Shown here: piece after piece, positions 20,572-28,536 of the stretch | Layout: each line of letters opens with the position of its first letter | Position numbering within the stretch: the first letter of the stretch is position 1 | Made by a program: the position numbers and the translations under genes | NCBI GenBank assembly: GCA_944381165.1 | Contig: CALWKC010000011.1 | Span: 4,225 to 68,224, forward strand | Direction: 5' to 3' | Source: an uncultured Lachnospira sp. | GTDB lineage: Bacteria > Bacillota > Clostridia > Lachnospirales > Lachnospiraceae | Length of the DNA: 64,000 nt | Notes under the pieces: model-generated | The model's database searches: none | What the model was told of the DNA's origin: nothing | The model's input: only the letters and a program-made list of their open reading frames with translations

Positions 20572-20719
20572 TGGTATAATGTTTGAAAGCATTGAGCAGT
20601 GCATAAGGCGGAATGCATATAATCGTCTGTGCTTGCACAGGAAAGATTATATGCATTTTGACTTATATAGGGCGAAAGCCCGAAAGCCATAGGAGCGGTA
20701 GCGCCTATGGCGTGCACTG
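20572..20719 (+). repeat. Copy A of a ~148-nt structured repeat (candidate cis-regulatory or small RNA) in the hprK leader
   Basis: Starts with TGGTATAATGT. Closing helix CAGTGCA (20597-20603) / TGCACTG (20713-20719), a long hairpin, GGGC-GAAA-GCCC, and a GCCATAGG...CCTATGGC hairpin. A near-identical reverse-complement copy lies at 26389-26535. Confidence 0.6.
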
Positions 20720-20767
20720 AGCAGAATTTAAAAATTTTATGTGGCAGCAGAAACGGAGGGCAATCGG

Positions 20768-21715
20768 ATGAATGGAACTGAGAGAGTAAAACTGTCAAAG
20801 GTTATAGAGAAAATGCAGCTTAAAAATCTGACACCTGATATTGACACATCTGGCATATGGCTTCACATGCCGGAGGTGAACAGACCGGCTTTGCAGCTTA
20901 CGGGATTTTATGACCAGTTTGACAACGACAGAATACAGATAATAGGAAATGTTGAGTATTCATATCTGGCAAGCCTGTCTGAGACGGACAGATATGAAAG
21001 ATATATGCAGCTTCTTTCAAGCAATATTCCATGTCTTGTTTTTTGCAGAGACCTGGAGCCGGAGCCGAAGATTATTGAACTTGCTACAAAGTATCAGATA
21101 CCTATTTTAAAATCAAAGGTTTCAACATCGGCATTTATGGCGGAGGTAATAAGGTGGCTGAATGTACAGCTTGCACCGTGCATAGTAATTCACGGCGTGC
21201 TGGTGGACGTTTACGGCGAGGGTGTGCTTATTACGGGCGAGAGCGGTATTGGTAAGAGTGAGGCTGCGCTTGAACTTATAAAGAGAGGGCACCGTCTTGT
21301 GACCGACGACGCCGTTGAAATCAGAAAAGTGAGCGATGAGACACTTATCGGAACAGCGCCTGGTGTAACAAAATATTTTATAGAGCTGAGAGGCATAGGA
21401 ATAATAGACGTAAAGACCCTTTTCGGCGTTGAGAGCATCAAGGAGACACAGTCGATAGATATGGTAATAAAGCTTGAGGACTGGAACCGTGACAGGGAGT
21501 ATGACCGTCTTGGACTTGAGGAGGAATACACTGAATATTTGGGCAATAAGGTTGTATGTCATTCTCTTCCTATTCGTCCGGGACGTAATCTTGCCGTTAT
21601 CGTTGAAGCTGCGGCGGTAAATCACAGACAGAAGAAAATGGGATATAACGCGGCGAAGGAGCTGTACAGAAGAGTTCAGGAAAATCTGATGCAGGGAGAC
21701 GATGAGGATGAGTAA
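20768..21715 (+). CDS. hprK: HPr kinase/phosphorylase
   Basis: SD GGAGGG 7 nt before ATG 20768. Walker A GESGIGKSE. GTAPGVTKYFIELRGIGIIDV signature. Confidence 0.95.
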   Translation: MNGTERVKLSKVIEKMQLKNLTPDIDTSGIWLHMPEVNRPALQLTGFYDQFDNDRIQIIGNVEYSYLASLSETDRYERYMQLLSSNIPCLVFCRDLEPEPKIIELATKYQIPILKSKVSTSAFMAEVIRWLNVQLAPCIVIHGVLVDVYGEGVLITGESGIGKSEAALELIKRGHRLVTDDAVEIRKVSDETLIGTAPGVTKYFIELRGIGIIDVKTLFGVESIKETQSIDMVIKLEDWNRDREYDRLGLEEEYTEYLGNKVVCHSLPIRPGRNLAVIVEAAAVNHRQKKMGYNAAKELYRRVQENLMQGDDEDE

Positions 21716-22607
21716 AATTGTATTCGGGATTGACGTAGGGGGTACAGCGATAAAATGCGGCTGTTTTTCCGAAGGCGGAGAGCTGCTTGAGAAAAATGAG
21801 CTTCCTACGAGAAAAGAAAATTCAGGCGAATACATTCTTTCTGATATATCCGAATATATTAAAAATATGCTTGTTAAAATGGAGCTGAGGCTCAGTGACG
21901 TTTTGGGGGTTGGGATAGGTGTTCCGGGCTCCGTGACGGACGACAAAACAGTGAATAAATGTGTAAATCTCGGCTGGGGAAGATTTAATGTAGCAGACAG
22001 GTTTGCAGCTCTTCTCGGAGTCTCTTCTGAAAAGATTTTCGTGGGTAACGACGCGAATATGGCGGCTCTCGGAGAGTACTGGAAGGGGAGCGCAAAGGAT
22101 TGTCACAGTGTTATGATGATAACTGTGGGCACAGGCGTAGGAGGAGGATTGATTATCGGCGGCAGACCGTTTAATGGATTTAACGGAGCGGCTGCTGAAA
22201 TCGGGCATATGCCTATAGTCGAGGGACTGGATTTTGCCTGCAACTGCGGTAAGACAGGATGTCTTGAGCAGGTGGCGTCGGCAGCGGGAATTGCCAGGCT
22301 TGCCGGAAGACAAAACGCTAAAGAGGTGTTTGACGCTGCAAAGGCAGGAGATGAGAAAATGGAGCAGATCGTGGAAAAAGCCTCCATGTATATCGGCAGG
22401 GCTCTTGCGTGCTGTGCCGCCGTTGCAGACCCGGAGTGCTTTGTCATAGGAGGAGGGGTGTCGGCTGCAGGTGAGTATTTCATAGACAAGATAAGAAAAT
22501 ACTATAAAATGCAGGTGTTTCACCCAAGCCGTGATACACGCATTGTCAGGGCTGTGCTTGGAAATGATGCCGGAATGTACGGTGCGGCAAAGCTGGTTTT
22601 GGAATAA
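21702..22607 (+). CDS. glcK: ROK-family glucokinase
   Basis: GIDVGGTAIKCG ATP-binding motif and Zn motif CNCGKTGCLEQ. The start could be ATG 21702 or ATG 21708. It overlaps the hprK stop. Confidence 0.85.
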   Translation: MRMSKIVFGIDVGGTAIKCGCFSEGGELLEKNELPTRKENSGEYILSDISEYIKNMLVKMELRLSDVLGVGIGVPGSVTDDKTVNKCVNLGWGRFNVADRFAALLGVSSEKIFVGNDANMAALGEYWKGSAKDCHSVMMITVGTGVGGGLIIGGRPFNGFNGAAAEIGHMPIVEGLDFACNCGKTGCLEQVASAAGIARLAGRQNAKEVFDAAKAGDEKMEQIVEKASMYIGRALACCAAVADPECFVIGGGVSAAGEYFIDKIRKYYKMQVFHPSRDTRIVRAVLGNDAGMYGAAKLVLE

Positions 22608-22652
22608 TTATACAGTCAGGTGTGCCTTATCGGGCATGGAAATGGAGAATAT

Positions 22653-23609
22653 ATGTCAAACAGCAGGGTTGTTGCGGATTTGAAGAAAATAGCAGGCATG
22701 GATAATGTCAAGGTATCCGAGCCGATGAGAAGTCATACGACTTTCAGGATAGGAGGTCCGGCCGATTATTTTGTGACTCCGCAGAGCACAGAACACATAC
22801 AGCAGATTGTAAAATATCTGAAAAACCGGCATATACCGTATTATATTATAGGTAACGGAAGCAATTTGCTTGTCAGCGATAACGGATACAGAGGCGTTAT
22901 AATGCAGCTTTACAGCAGATATTCAGGCTATGAATTTCTGCACGATGATGTAAAAAGCGCGGCCGACAAGGCGGGAATAGTATACATTAAGGTACAGTCA
23001 GGAATGGGGATGATGAGGCTTGCGGCTCTGGCGGCTGAGTACAGCCTGGAGGGAATGGAGTTTGCCAGCGGAATTCCCGGAAGTGTCGGCGGCGGAATAA
23101 TGATGAATGCCGGAGCATACGGCGGAGAGATGAAGGATATTGTTGTTCGGGCAACAGTTATGGATGAGGACGGAAATGTACGGGAGCTTGATAACAGGGA
23201 GCTTGAGTTTGGTTACAGAACAAGCAGGGTTGCAGCGGAGCGGCTCATTGTCCTGGAGGCTGTAATAGCGCTGTGTCCGGGAAATCAGAAAGCTATACGG
23301 GAAAAAATGCAGGAGATAGCGCAGAGCCGCAGGGATAAGCAGCCTCTTGAGTATCCGAGCGCCGGCAGTACTTTCAAGCGGCCGCAGGGATATTTTGCCG
23401 GAAAGCTCATAGCCGATGCAGGGCTTAAGGGCTTTACTGTCGGAGGAGCCAAAGTGTCGGAAAAGCATGCGGGATTTGTTGTGAATACCGGAAGAGCGAC
23501 AGCGGGGGATGTAGTAGAACTTACCAATCAGATTGCAGATAAAATATATCAGCTTTACGGTGTAAAGCTGGAACTTGAGGTTAAGAAACTTGGATTTGAC
23601 GAGCGTTGA
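22653..23609 (+). CDS. murB: UDP-N-acetylenolpyruvoylglucosamine reductase
   Basis: TFRIGGPADYF FAD-binding motif, IIGNGSNLL, and C-terminal GGAKVSEKHAGFVVN. Confidence 0.95.
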   Translation: MSNSRVVADLKKIAGMDNVKVSEPMRSHTTFRIGGPADYFVTPQSTEHIQQIVKYLKNRHIPYYIIGNGSNLLVSDNGYRGVIMQLYSRYSGYEFLHDDVKSAADKAGIVYIKVQSGMGMMRLAALAAEYSLEGMEFASGIPGSVGGGIMMNAGAYGGEMKDIVVRATVMDEDGNVRELDNRELEFGYRTSRVAAERLIVLEAVIALCPGNQKAIREKMQEIAQSRRDKQPLEYPSAGSTFKRPQGYFAGKLIADAGLKGFTVGGAKVSEKHAGFVVNTGRATAGDVVELTNQIADKIYQLYGVKLELEVKKLGFDER

Positions 23610-23658
23610 TTTCACATGACGGTACTGTCTGAAAAACAGCGCGGAAATGGGGATAAAG

Positions 23659-24531
23659 ATGAAAATCGTAATTGTCACCGGAATGTCGGGTGCGGGAAAA
23701 TCAACCGCCCTCAATGTACTTGAGGATGAGGGCTATTATTGTGTAGATAATATGCCGATAGAACTTATTCCGAAATTTGCGGAGCTTGCCGGAGGACAGA
23801 AAAAGGAACGCTCAGATATTGCGCTGGGCATTGACATCAGAAACGGCGATGCGCTGGGAGAGCTGGACAGCGTGCTTAATGAGCTGTCTGTGAGGCACTA
23901 TAATTATAAAATACTGTTTCTTGATTCAAGCGATGAAGTGCTTGTAAAGCGCTACAAGGAGACGAGAAGGACGCATCCGCTGGCAAAGGATGACAGAGTT
24001 GACAAGGCTATTGAACAGGAGCGCAGTCAGATGAGCTTTTTAAAGGAGCGCGCGGACTATATTCTTGATACCAGTCATATGCTTACAAGAGAGTTAAAGC
24101 AGGAGCTTGAAAAAATATTTGTAAAGGACGGCAATTATAACAATTTGTTTGTGACCGTGCTTTCATTCGGATTTAAGTATGGAATTCCGGCGGATGCGGA
24201 TTTGGTTTTTGATGTTCGATTTCTGCCAAACCCATATTATATAGAAGAGTTAAAAAAACTTACGGGAAACGATAAACCAATACAGGACTATGTTCTTGGC
24301 TGTGAGGCTGCGAGGACATTTCTGGAAAAGGCAGTTGATTTGATTATGTTTCTTTTGCCGAATTATGTCCAGGAGGGAAAAAACAGTCTCGTGATAGCCA
24401 TAGGCTGTACGGGAGGAAAGCACAGGTCCGTTACGCTTGCAAACGCTATTGCGGACAGGCTTAAGAAAACGGAGTACGGCTGCAAGGTAGACCACAGGGA
24501 TATAGATAAAGATTCAAAGAGAAAAATGTGA
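23659..24531 (+). CDS. rapZ: RNase adapter / nucleotide-binding protein RapZ (YvcJ)
   Basis: MKIVIVTGMSGAGKSTA P-loop and C-terminal IAIGCTGGKHRSV. Confidence 0.9.
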   Translation: MKIVIVTGMSGAGKSTALNVLEDEGYYCVDNMPIELIPKFAELAGGQKKERSDIALGIDIRNGDALGELDSVLNELSVRHYNYKILFLDSSDEVLVKRYKETRRTHPLAKDDRVDKAIEQERSQMSFLKERADYILDTSHMLTRELKQELEKIFVKDGNYNNLFVTVLSFGFKYGIPADADLVFDVRFLPNPYYIEELKKLTGNDKPIQDYVLGCEAARTFLEKAVDLIMFLLPNYVQEGKNSLVIAIGCTGGKHRSVTLANAIADRLKKTEYGCKVDHRDIDKDSKRKM

Positions 24532-24559
24532 TGCCGTTACGGCCTGAAAGGAAATTGCT

Positions 24560-25516
24560 ATGTCATTTTCATCGGATGTGAAGGAGGAGCTCAGGACTAA
24601 AATAGACAGCGCCAGGCACTGTCAGATTGCAGAATTTGCAGCGATGATGGCATTTGGAGGACAAGTCTGTTTTAAAAATGAAAAAAACAAGGACCTCAAA
24701 TCTGCATACATTTTGTTTGCGACTGAAAATGAGACAGTGGCTGAGACCTTCAAAGAGCTTGCAATGCGTGCCTTCGGCGTACCTGAAAGCGGTGTGCGCA
24801 GGCTTGGCGAGGAAAAAAAGGGCGGGGCAGTTTGGCTTGTCATTGAAGATGAGCAAAGTGTCCGTCATATCTTAATGGCTTTGAAATGGGAGTCCGGAAA
24901 TGAACAGGATATTATAAAGCGCGTTTTTGCGCATCCTCTTATAATACAGAAGGAGTGCTGCAAACGGGCGTTTATAAGGGGAGCGTTTTTGGCGGCGGGC
25001 TCAATAAGCGATCCCAATAAATTTTATCACTATGAGATTGTCTGTGATGAGAGCGATGACGCCGCCCAGCTTCAGTCGATGCTGCTTTTTTTTAATCTGG
25101 ACGCCAAAGTGATAGCCAGAAAGAAAAATTTTGTTGTGTATATAAAAGAGGGAAGCCATATAACTGACTGCCTGAATGTTATGGGTGCGTTTGTTTCTCA
25201 GATGAATCTGTACAATGTAATGATTTTAAAGGGAATGAGAAATGACGTAAACCGCAAGGTAAACTGTGAGACGGCAAATCTGAATAAGACTATTGAGGCG
25301 GCTGTCAAGCAGATACGTGATATTGAGTATATAAGAGATACGGTGGGGCTTGATTACCTGAAGCCTTCGCTGCGGGAGGTAGCGGCGCTTCGTCTTGAGA
25401 ATACCGATATGAATCTTAAAGATATAGGCGCGCTGCTTTCTCCTCCGGTCGGAAAATCGGGCGTAAATCACAGGCTCAGAAAGATAAGCGAGATTGCACA
25501 GGCGCTTAGAGGTTAG
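24560..25516 (+). CDS. whiA: DNA-binding protein WhiA
   Basis: Degenerate LAGLIDADG-like FLAAGSISDPNKFYHYEI. C-terminal HTH LKDIGALLSPPVGKSGVNHRLRKI. Confidence 0.95.
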   Translation: MSFSSDVKEELRTKIDSARHCQIAEFAAMMAFGGQVCFKNEKNKDLKSAYILFATENETVAETFKELAMRAFGVPESGVRRLGEEKKGGAVWLVIEDEQSVRHILMALKWESGNEQDIIKRVFAHPLIIQKECCKRAFIRGAFLAAGSISDPNKFYHYEIVCDESDDAAQLQSMLLFFNLDAKVIARKKNFVVYIKEGSHITDCLNVMGAFVSQMNLYNVMILKGMRNDVNRKVNCETANLNKTIEAAVKQIRDIEYIRDTVGLDYLKPSLREVAALRLENTDMNLKDIGALLSPPVGKSGVNHRLRKISEIAQALRG

Positions 25517-25573
25517 AAAGCTGCGCCTGCACAATATTCAAAAAATCTGAAACTGTGTGTATTTCGGATGCTT

Positions 25574-26338
25574 TCAGCGGGCTCTGTATTTTTTTCGTTG
25601 CTGGTGTGAGGCGGCGCGCAGCATTATTTTTCGTGGAGCGAATTTCGCACACATAACCGCCGTCTTCATTGTAAAAGTAGGAACAATGATAAGCTTGTTT
25701 TTAAACATTTTTTCCAGCGCATATTTTGCGCAGAAATCGGCGCTGATGCCTTTTAACGCAAAACGAACGTTTGCGGTATTGTTAAAATTTGTATTTACGG
25801 GACCGGGACATAACGCGCTTATGCGCACATTGCTGCCGGCTTCCTTTAATTCCTCAAATATTGAATTAGTGAGACTGGTGATATAGGCCTTTGTCGCGTA
25901 GTAGGCTGCCATATGAGGACCGCCAGGAAACAGCCCGGCGCTTGAGGAGACATTTAAAATATAGCCCTCATCGCGCGCTATAAAATCTCCAAGAAGCTCT
26001 TTTGTGAGAATGTGTACTGCCTTTATGTTTACGTCAATCATATCTAAGTCCTTAGACAGACTCGTCTCGTGAAAATGTCCGATGTCACCGAAACCGGCGC
26101 TGTTGACTAAAATTTTCAGTCGGTATTTTTTCAGTGTATCTGCCAGAGTGCGGCAGGAATCTTCGTCAGTCAAGTCGCAGGGTATAATTCTGCACTTTGT
26201 TTCAAGCCTTGATGCAAGGTTGTTCAGGGCTTTTGTATTTCTTGCTACAAGGATTAAGTTGTATCCCATGCGGGAGAGTCTTATTGCAAGCGCTTTTCCT
26301 ATGCCTGAGCTTGCGCCTGTAATACATGCTGTTGCCAT
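25574..26338 (-). CDS. Short-chain dehydrogenase/reductase (SDR) family oxidoreductase
   Basis: SD GGAGGA. TGASSGIGKALA cofactor motif and catalytic YYATKAY (YxxxK). Confidence 0.9.
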   Translation of the reverse strand: MATACITGASSGIGKALAIRLSRMGYNLILVARNTKALNNLASRLETKCRIIPCDLTDEDSCRTLADTLKKYRLKILVNSAGFGDIGHFHETSLSKDLDMIDVNIKAVHILTKELLGDFIARDEGYILNVSSSAGLFPGGPHMAAYYATKAYITSLTNSIFEELKEAGSNVRISALCPGPVNTNFNNTANVRFALKGISADFCAKYALEKMFKNKLIIVPTFTMKTAVMCAKFAPRKIMLRAASHQQRKKYRAR

Positions 26339-26388
26339 AGTAATCCTCCAATTCGAAGTGATTTATTGCGGGGGAACGCCGCAGGCCG

Positions 26389-26535
26389 CAGTGCGAGCCA
26401 TAGGCGCTTTGCTCCTATGGCTCTCGGGCTTTCGCCCTATATAATCCGCAAGGCATATAATTGTTTCTGTGCAAGCACAGACGATTATATGCCTTACGGA
26501 TTATGCACTGCTCAATGCTTACGGACATTATACCA
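26389..26535 (-). repeat. Copy B of the ~148-nt structured repeat, in the leader of the SDR gene
   Basis: Its reverse complement aligns end to end with 20572-20719. Same TGGTATAATGT start (26525-26535 on the + strand as ACATTATACCA), same hairpins, and a closing helix GCAGTGC/GCACTGC. Confidence 0.6.
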
Positions 26536-26663
26536 TGTCCGCCTTGCGGACATGGAGCCTCCGGCGGATTTTAAGCGCTCTAATTTTTGCGGTAAACGCA
26601 AAAATTAATGCGCAGTATAATGTGCACTCTGTGCACATTATACCATAAATGAGGTGTTTAGAT

Positions 26664-27266
26664 ATGGTTATTAAGAATAAAACTACATTTAAAAAAGAAA
26701 CAATAAGAAATATTATGCGAGCCGACGGCTTTGATAATAAAAGCTATAAGACCAAAAAAGCAGTTTTGAATATGTCGGGGCTTGTAAGCGGTATGGTGTG
26801 CGTGAGTATTTTGTCGAGGTCGCTTTACAGCGGAGAGGGAGCATATAAATTCTGCGCGGCAATATTCGGGATTATATGCGCCGTTTGTCTGTTTGCCGGG
26901 ATGTATGGTATTGATAAAAAAAATTATATAAAATTTGCACAGAATTATTCATGTATGATAGGGAATACTTATCTGTATGAGATAGATTCTGATGAGATTC
27001 TTGTATGGTGTGAGAGCGGCTCTTCGGATAATGAAAAAGATGCGGAGCAGCCGAGACGAATTTTATGGCAGCAGGTTGAGAAATGGTGTGAGGATTTGGA
27101 CAGCATATATCTTTTTTTGAGAGATGACGACGAGGCTTTTGATTGTGCGAAGTGCGAGGCGCTTGACAAAAAGGGGTTTACCGAATGTGAGGCAAAGGAT
27201 TTAAAAGAGCTATGCGGTGCCGTTATGGCGGCAAGGGAGTATGAAAATAAGAGACAGGAGAAATAA
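26664..27266 (+). CDS. Hypothetical membrane protein
   Basis: SD GAGGTG 7 nt before ATG 26664. Two predicted TM segments (LVSGMVCVSIL, IFGIICAVCLFAGM). No recognisable motif. Confidence 0.5.
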   Translation: MVIKNKTTFKKETIRNIMRADGFDNKSYKTKKAVLNMSGLVSGMVCVSILSRSLYSGEGAYKFCAAIFGIICAVCLFAGMYGIDKKNYIKFAQNYSCMIGNTYLYEIDSDEILVWCESGSSDNEKDAEQPRRILWQQVEKWCEDLDSIYLFLRDDDEAFDCAKCEALDKKGFTECEAKDLKELCGAVMAAREYENKRQEK

Positions 27267-27268
27267 AA

Positions 27269-27832
27269 ATGATTAGACCGTTGGATTTAGAGGAGATAAA
27301 GAAATTATATAATGAAAGAATAGTTAATGATTTTCCGAAAAGCGAGGTAAAGCCGCTTAAAAAAATTATCGCGGGCTGGGAAAATGAGGTTTACTCCGCA
27401 TACGGCTTTTATGATGAGGACGGGGAGGAACTTAAAGGTTATTCGTTCTTTATAAGATGCAGCAGTGACAATACCGTTCTTCTGGACTATTTTGCGATAA
27501 TGCCGCAGCTCAGAAGCAAGGGTGTGGGAACTGCATTTTTGACTGAGATTAAAGAGCTGGCGAGCAAAAAGGAAAAAGTGTTAATTCTGGAGGTGGAAAA
27601 TCCCAAGTATGAGGAGGACGGTCCGAACAGGGATTACATGGTTAAGAGAATAACATTTTATAAAAAGAACGGAATAAACGTAAGCGGTGTGGAATGCAGG
27701 TTTTATGAAAACGAGTATATTATTTTATATGCAGGCGAGCCTATGGAGGACGATGAGGTAAGGGAAAGAACAGAAAAAGTTTATGTCGATTTCTTCGGAG
27801 AAAAAATAAAAGAAAAATGTGAATTTCACTGA
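27269..27832 (+). CDS. GNAT-family N-acetyltransferase
   Basis: Acetyl-CoA motif QLRSKGVGTAFL. 187 aa. SD AGGAGAA. Confidence 0.8.
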   Translation: MIRPLDLEEIKKLYNERIVNDFPKSEVKPLKKIIAGWENEVYSAYGFYDEDGEELKGYSFFIRCSSDNTVLLDYFAIMPQLRSKGVGTAFLTEIKELASKKEKVLILEVENPKYEEDGPNRDYMVKRITFYKKNGINVSGVECRFYENEYIILYAGEPMEDDEVRERTEKVYVDFFGEKIKEKCEFH

Positions 27833-27868
27833 TGTGCGGTGAAAAAGACAAAAATATCCTGAACAGAA

Positions 27869-27911
27869 AATACAGACCGGGAATTGTAAAATAAGATTTC
27901 CGGTCTGTATT
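27869..27911 (+). terminator. Hairpin after the GNAT gene (weak U tail)
   Basis: AATACAGACCGG - 19-nt loop - CCGGTCTGTATT, followed by CATTAT. Confidence 0.45.
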
Positions 27912-27931
27912 CATTATAAAACAGCAAAAGT

Positions 27932-27960
27932 TTGACAAAGTATTTTAAATATAGCATAAT
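27932..27960 (+). promoter_or_regulatory. Sigma-A-type promoter
   Basis: TTGACA (27932-27937), 17-nt spacer, CATAAT (27955-27960), 33 nt upstream of ATG 27994. Confidence 0.55.
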
Positions 27961-27993
27961 ATCGTCAGCAAGTCGGCGATTTGGAGGTCTGTC

Positions 27994-28536
27994 ATGAAAA
28001 ATGAAGGTATAGAGCGCAGTAAGGAAGAATTGAAAAATTCTTCGGAGAGAGCGGTCGAGAATTTTAAGCAGGGGTATAACTGTTCGCAGTCTGTATTTCT
28101 GGCGTTTGCAGACAGATACGGCATAGATGATGAGACGGCTCTTAAAATTTCTGCTTCTTTCGGAGGAGGAATGGGCAGAATGCGCGAGGTGTGCGGATGC
28201 ATGTCGGCAATGGCGCTTATAGCGGGATTTGAGACAGGCAGTACAAAACCGAGGGACCCGGATGGAAAGAAAGCAAACTACGAAAAAGTTCAGCATTTGG
28301 CTCAGGAATTCAGAAAATATACAGGCGGCAGTATTATATGCCGTGAGCTTTTGGGATTATCCGAGGACACGAAAGGCGAGATGAGCAGTCCGACGCCAAG
28401 TGAGAGAACAGAGCAGTATTATAAAAAAAGACCGTGTATTCGTTTAATTCAGGATGCATGTTCTATTATAGAAAAAGAGTTTTTTGGAGGTAAGGAAAAT
28501 GAACAATCAGCAGATGATGGAACTGACAACCGTTGA
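27994..28536 (+). CDS. C_GCAxxG_C_C family protein
   Basis: Family-type Cys pattern: YNCSQSVFLAF ... EVCGCMSAMAL ... ICRELL ... RPCIRLIQDAC. Confidence 0.7.
   Translation: MKNEGIERSKEELKNSSERAVENFKQGYNCSQSVFLAFADRYGIDDETALKISASFGGGMGRMREVCGCMSAMALIAGFETGSTKPRDPDGKKANYEKVQHLAQEFRKYTGGSIICRELLGLSEDTKGEMSSPTPSERTEQYYKKRPCIRLIQDACSIIEKEFFGGKENEQSADDGTDNR

Noticed and set aside
20610-20660. GCATATAATCG...ATTATATGC in the repeat superficially recalls the P1 stem (TATAATCG) of purine riboswitches.
   Set aside because: The interior lacks the two loop-loop-interacting hairpins and the conserved junction nucleotides of the purine aptamer. Neither downstream gene (hprK, SDR) is purine-related.
20373-20798. 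The ORF-track entries 20373-20798 (-) and 26366-26608 (+) encode similar peptides (…GLSPYI…CASTDDYM…LCTAQC…TLYH). This could suggest a duplicated small protein.
   Set aside because: The similarity is a by-product of translating the two copies of the nucleotide repeat. The ORFs have no SD, overlap real genes (the uvrC end and the hprK start) or promoters, and the differences between copies fit base-pair covariation rather than codon conservation.
21122-21946. Long antisense or alternative-frame ORFs such as 21122-21946 (-), 21822-22523 (-), 22998-23714 (-), 57767-58513 (-), 60360-61193 (-), 7594-8205 (-), 6584-7147 (-) and 29564-30115 (-).
   Set aside because: Each lies entirely within or across well-supported genes on the opposite strand (hprK/glcK, murB/rapZ, the DUF5711-like gene, the decarboxylase, the AAA+ protein, citrate synthase). 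Their composition is low-complexity or Cys/Arg/Ser-rich, as is typical of shadow ORFs, and they lack SD sequences.
25557-26444. The + strand ORFs 25557-25886 and 26082-26444, which overlap the SDR gene.
   Set aside because: They are antisense to a gene with clear SDR motifs, and no motif or ribosome-binding site supports them.
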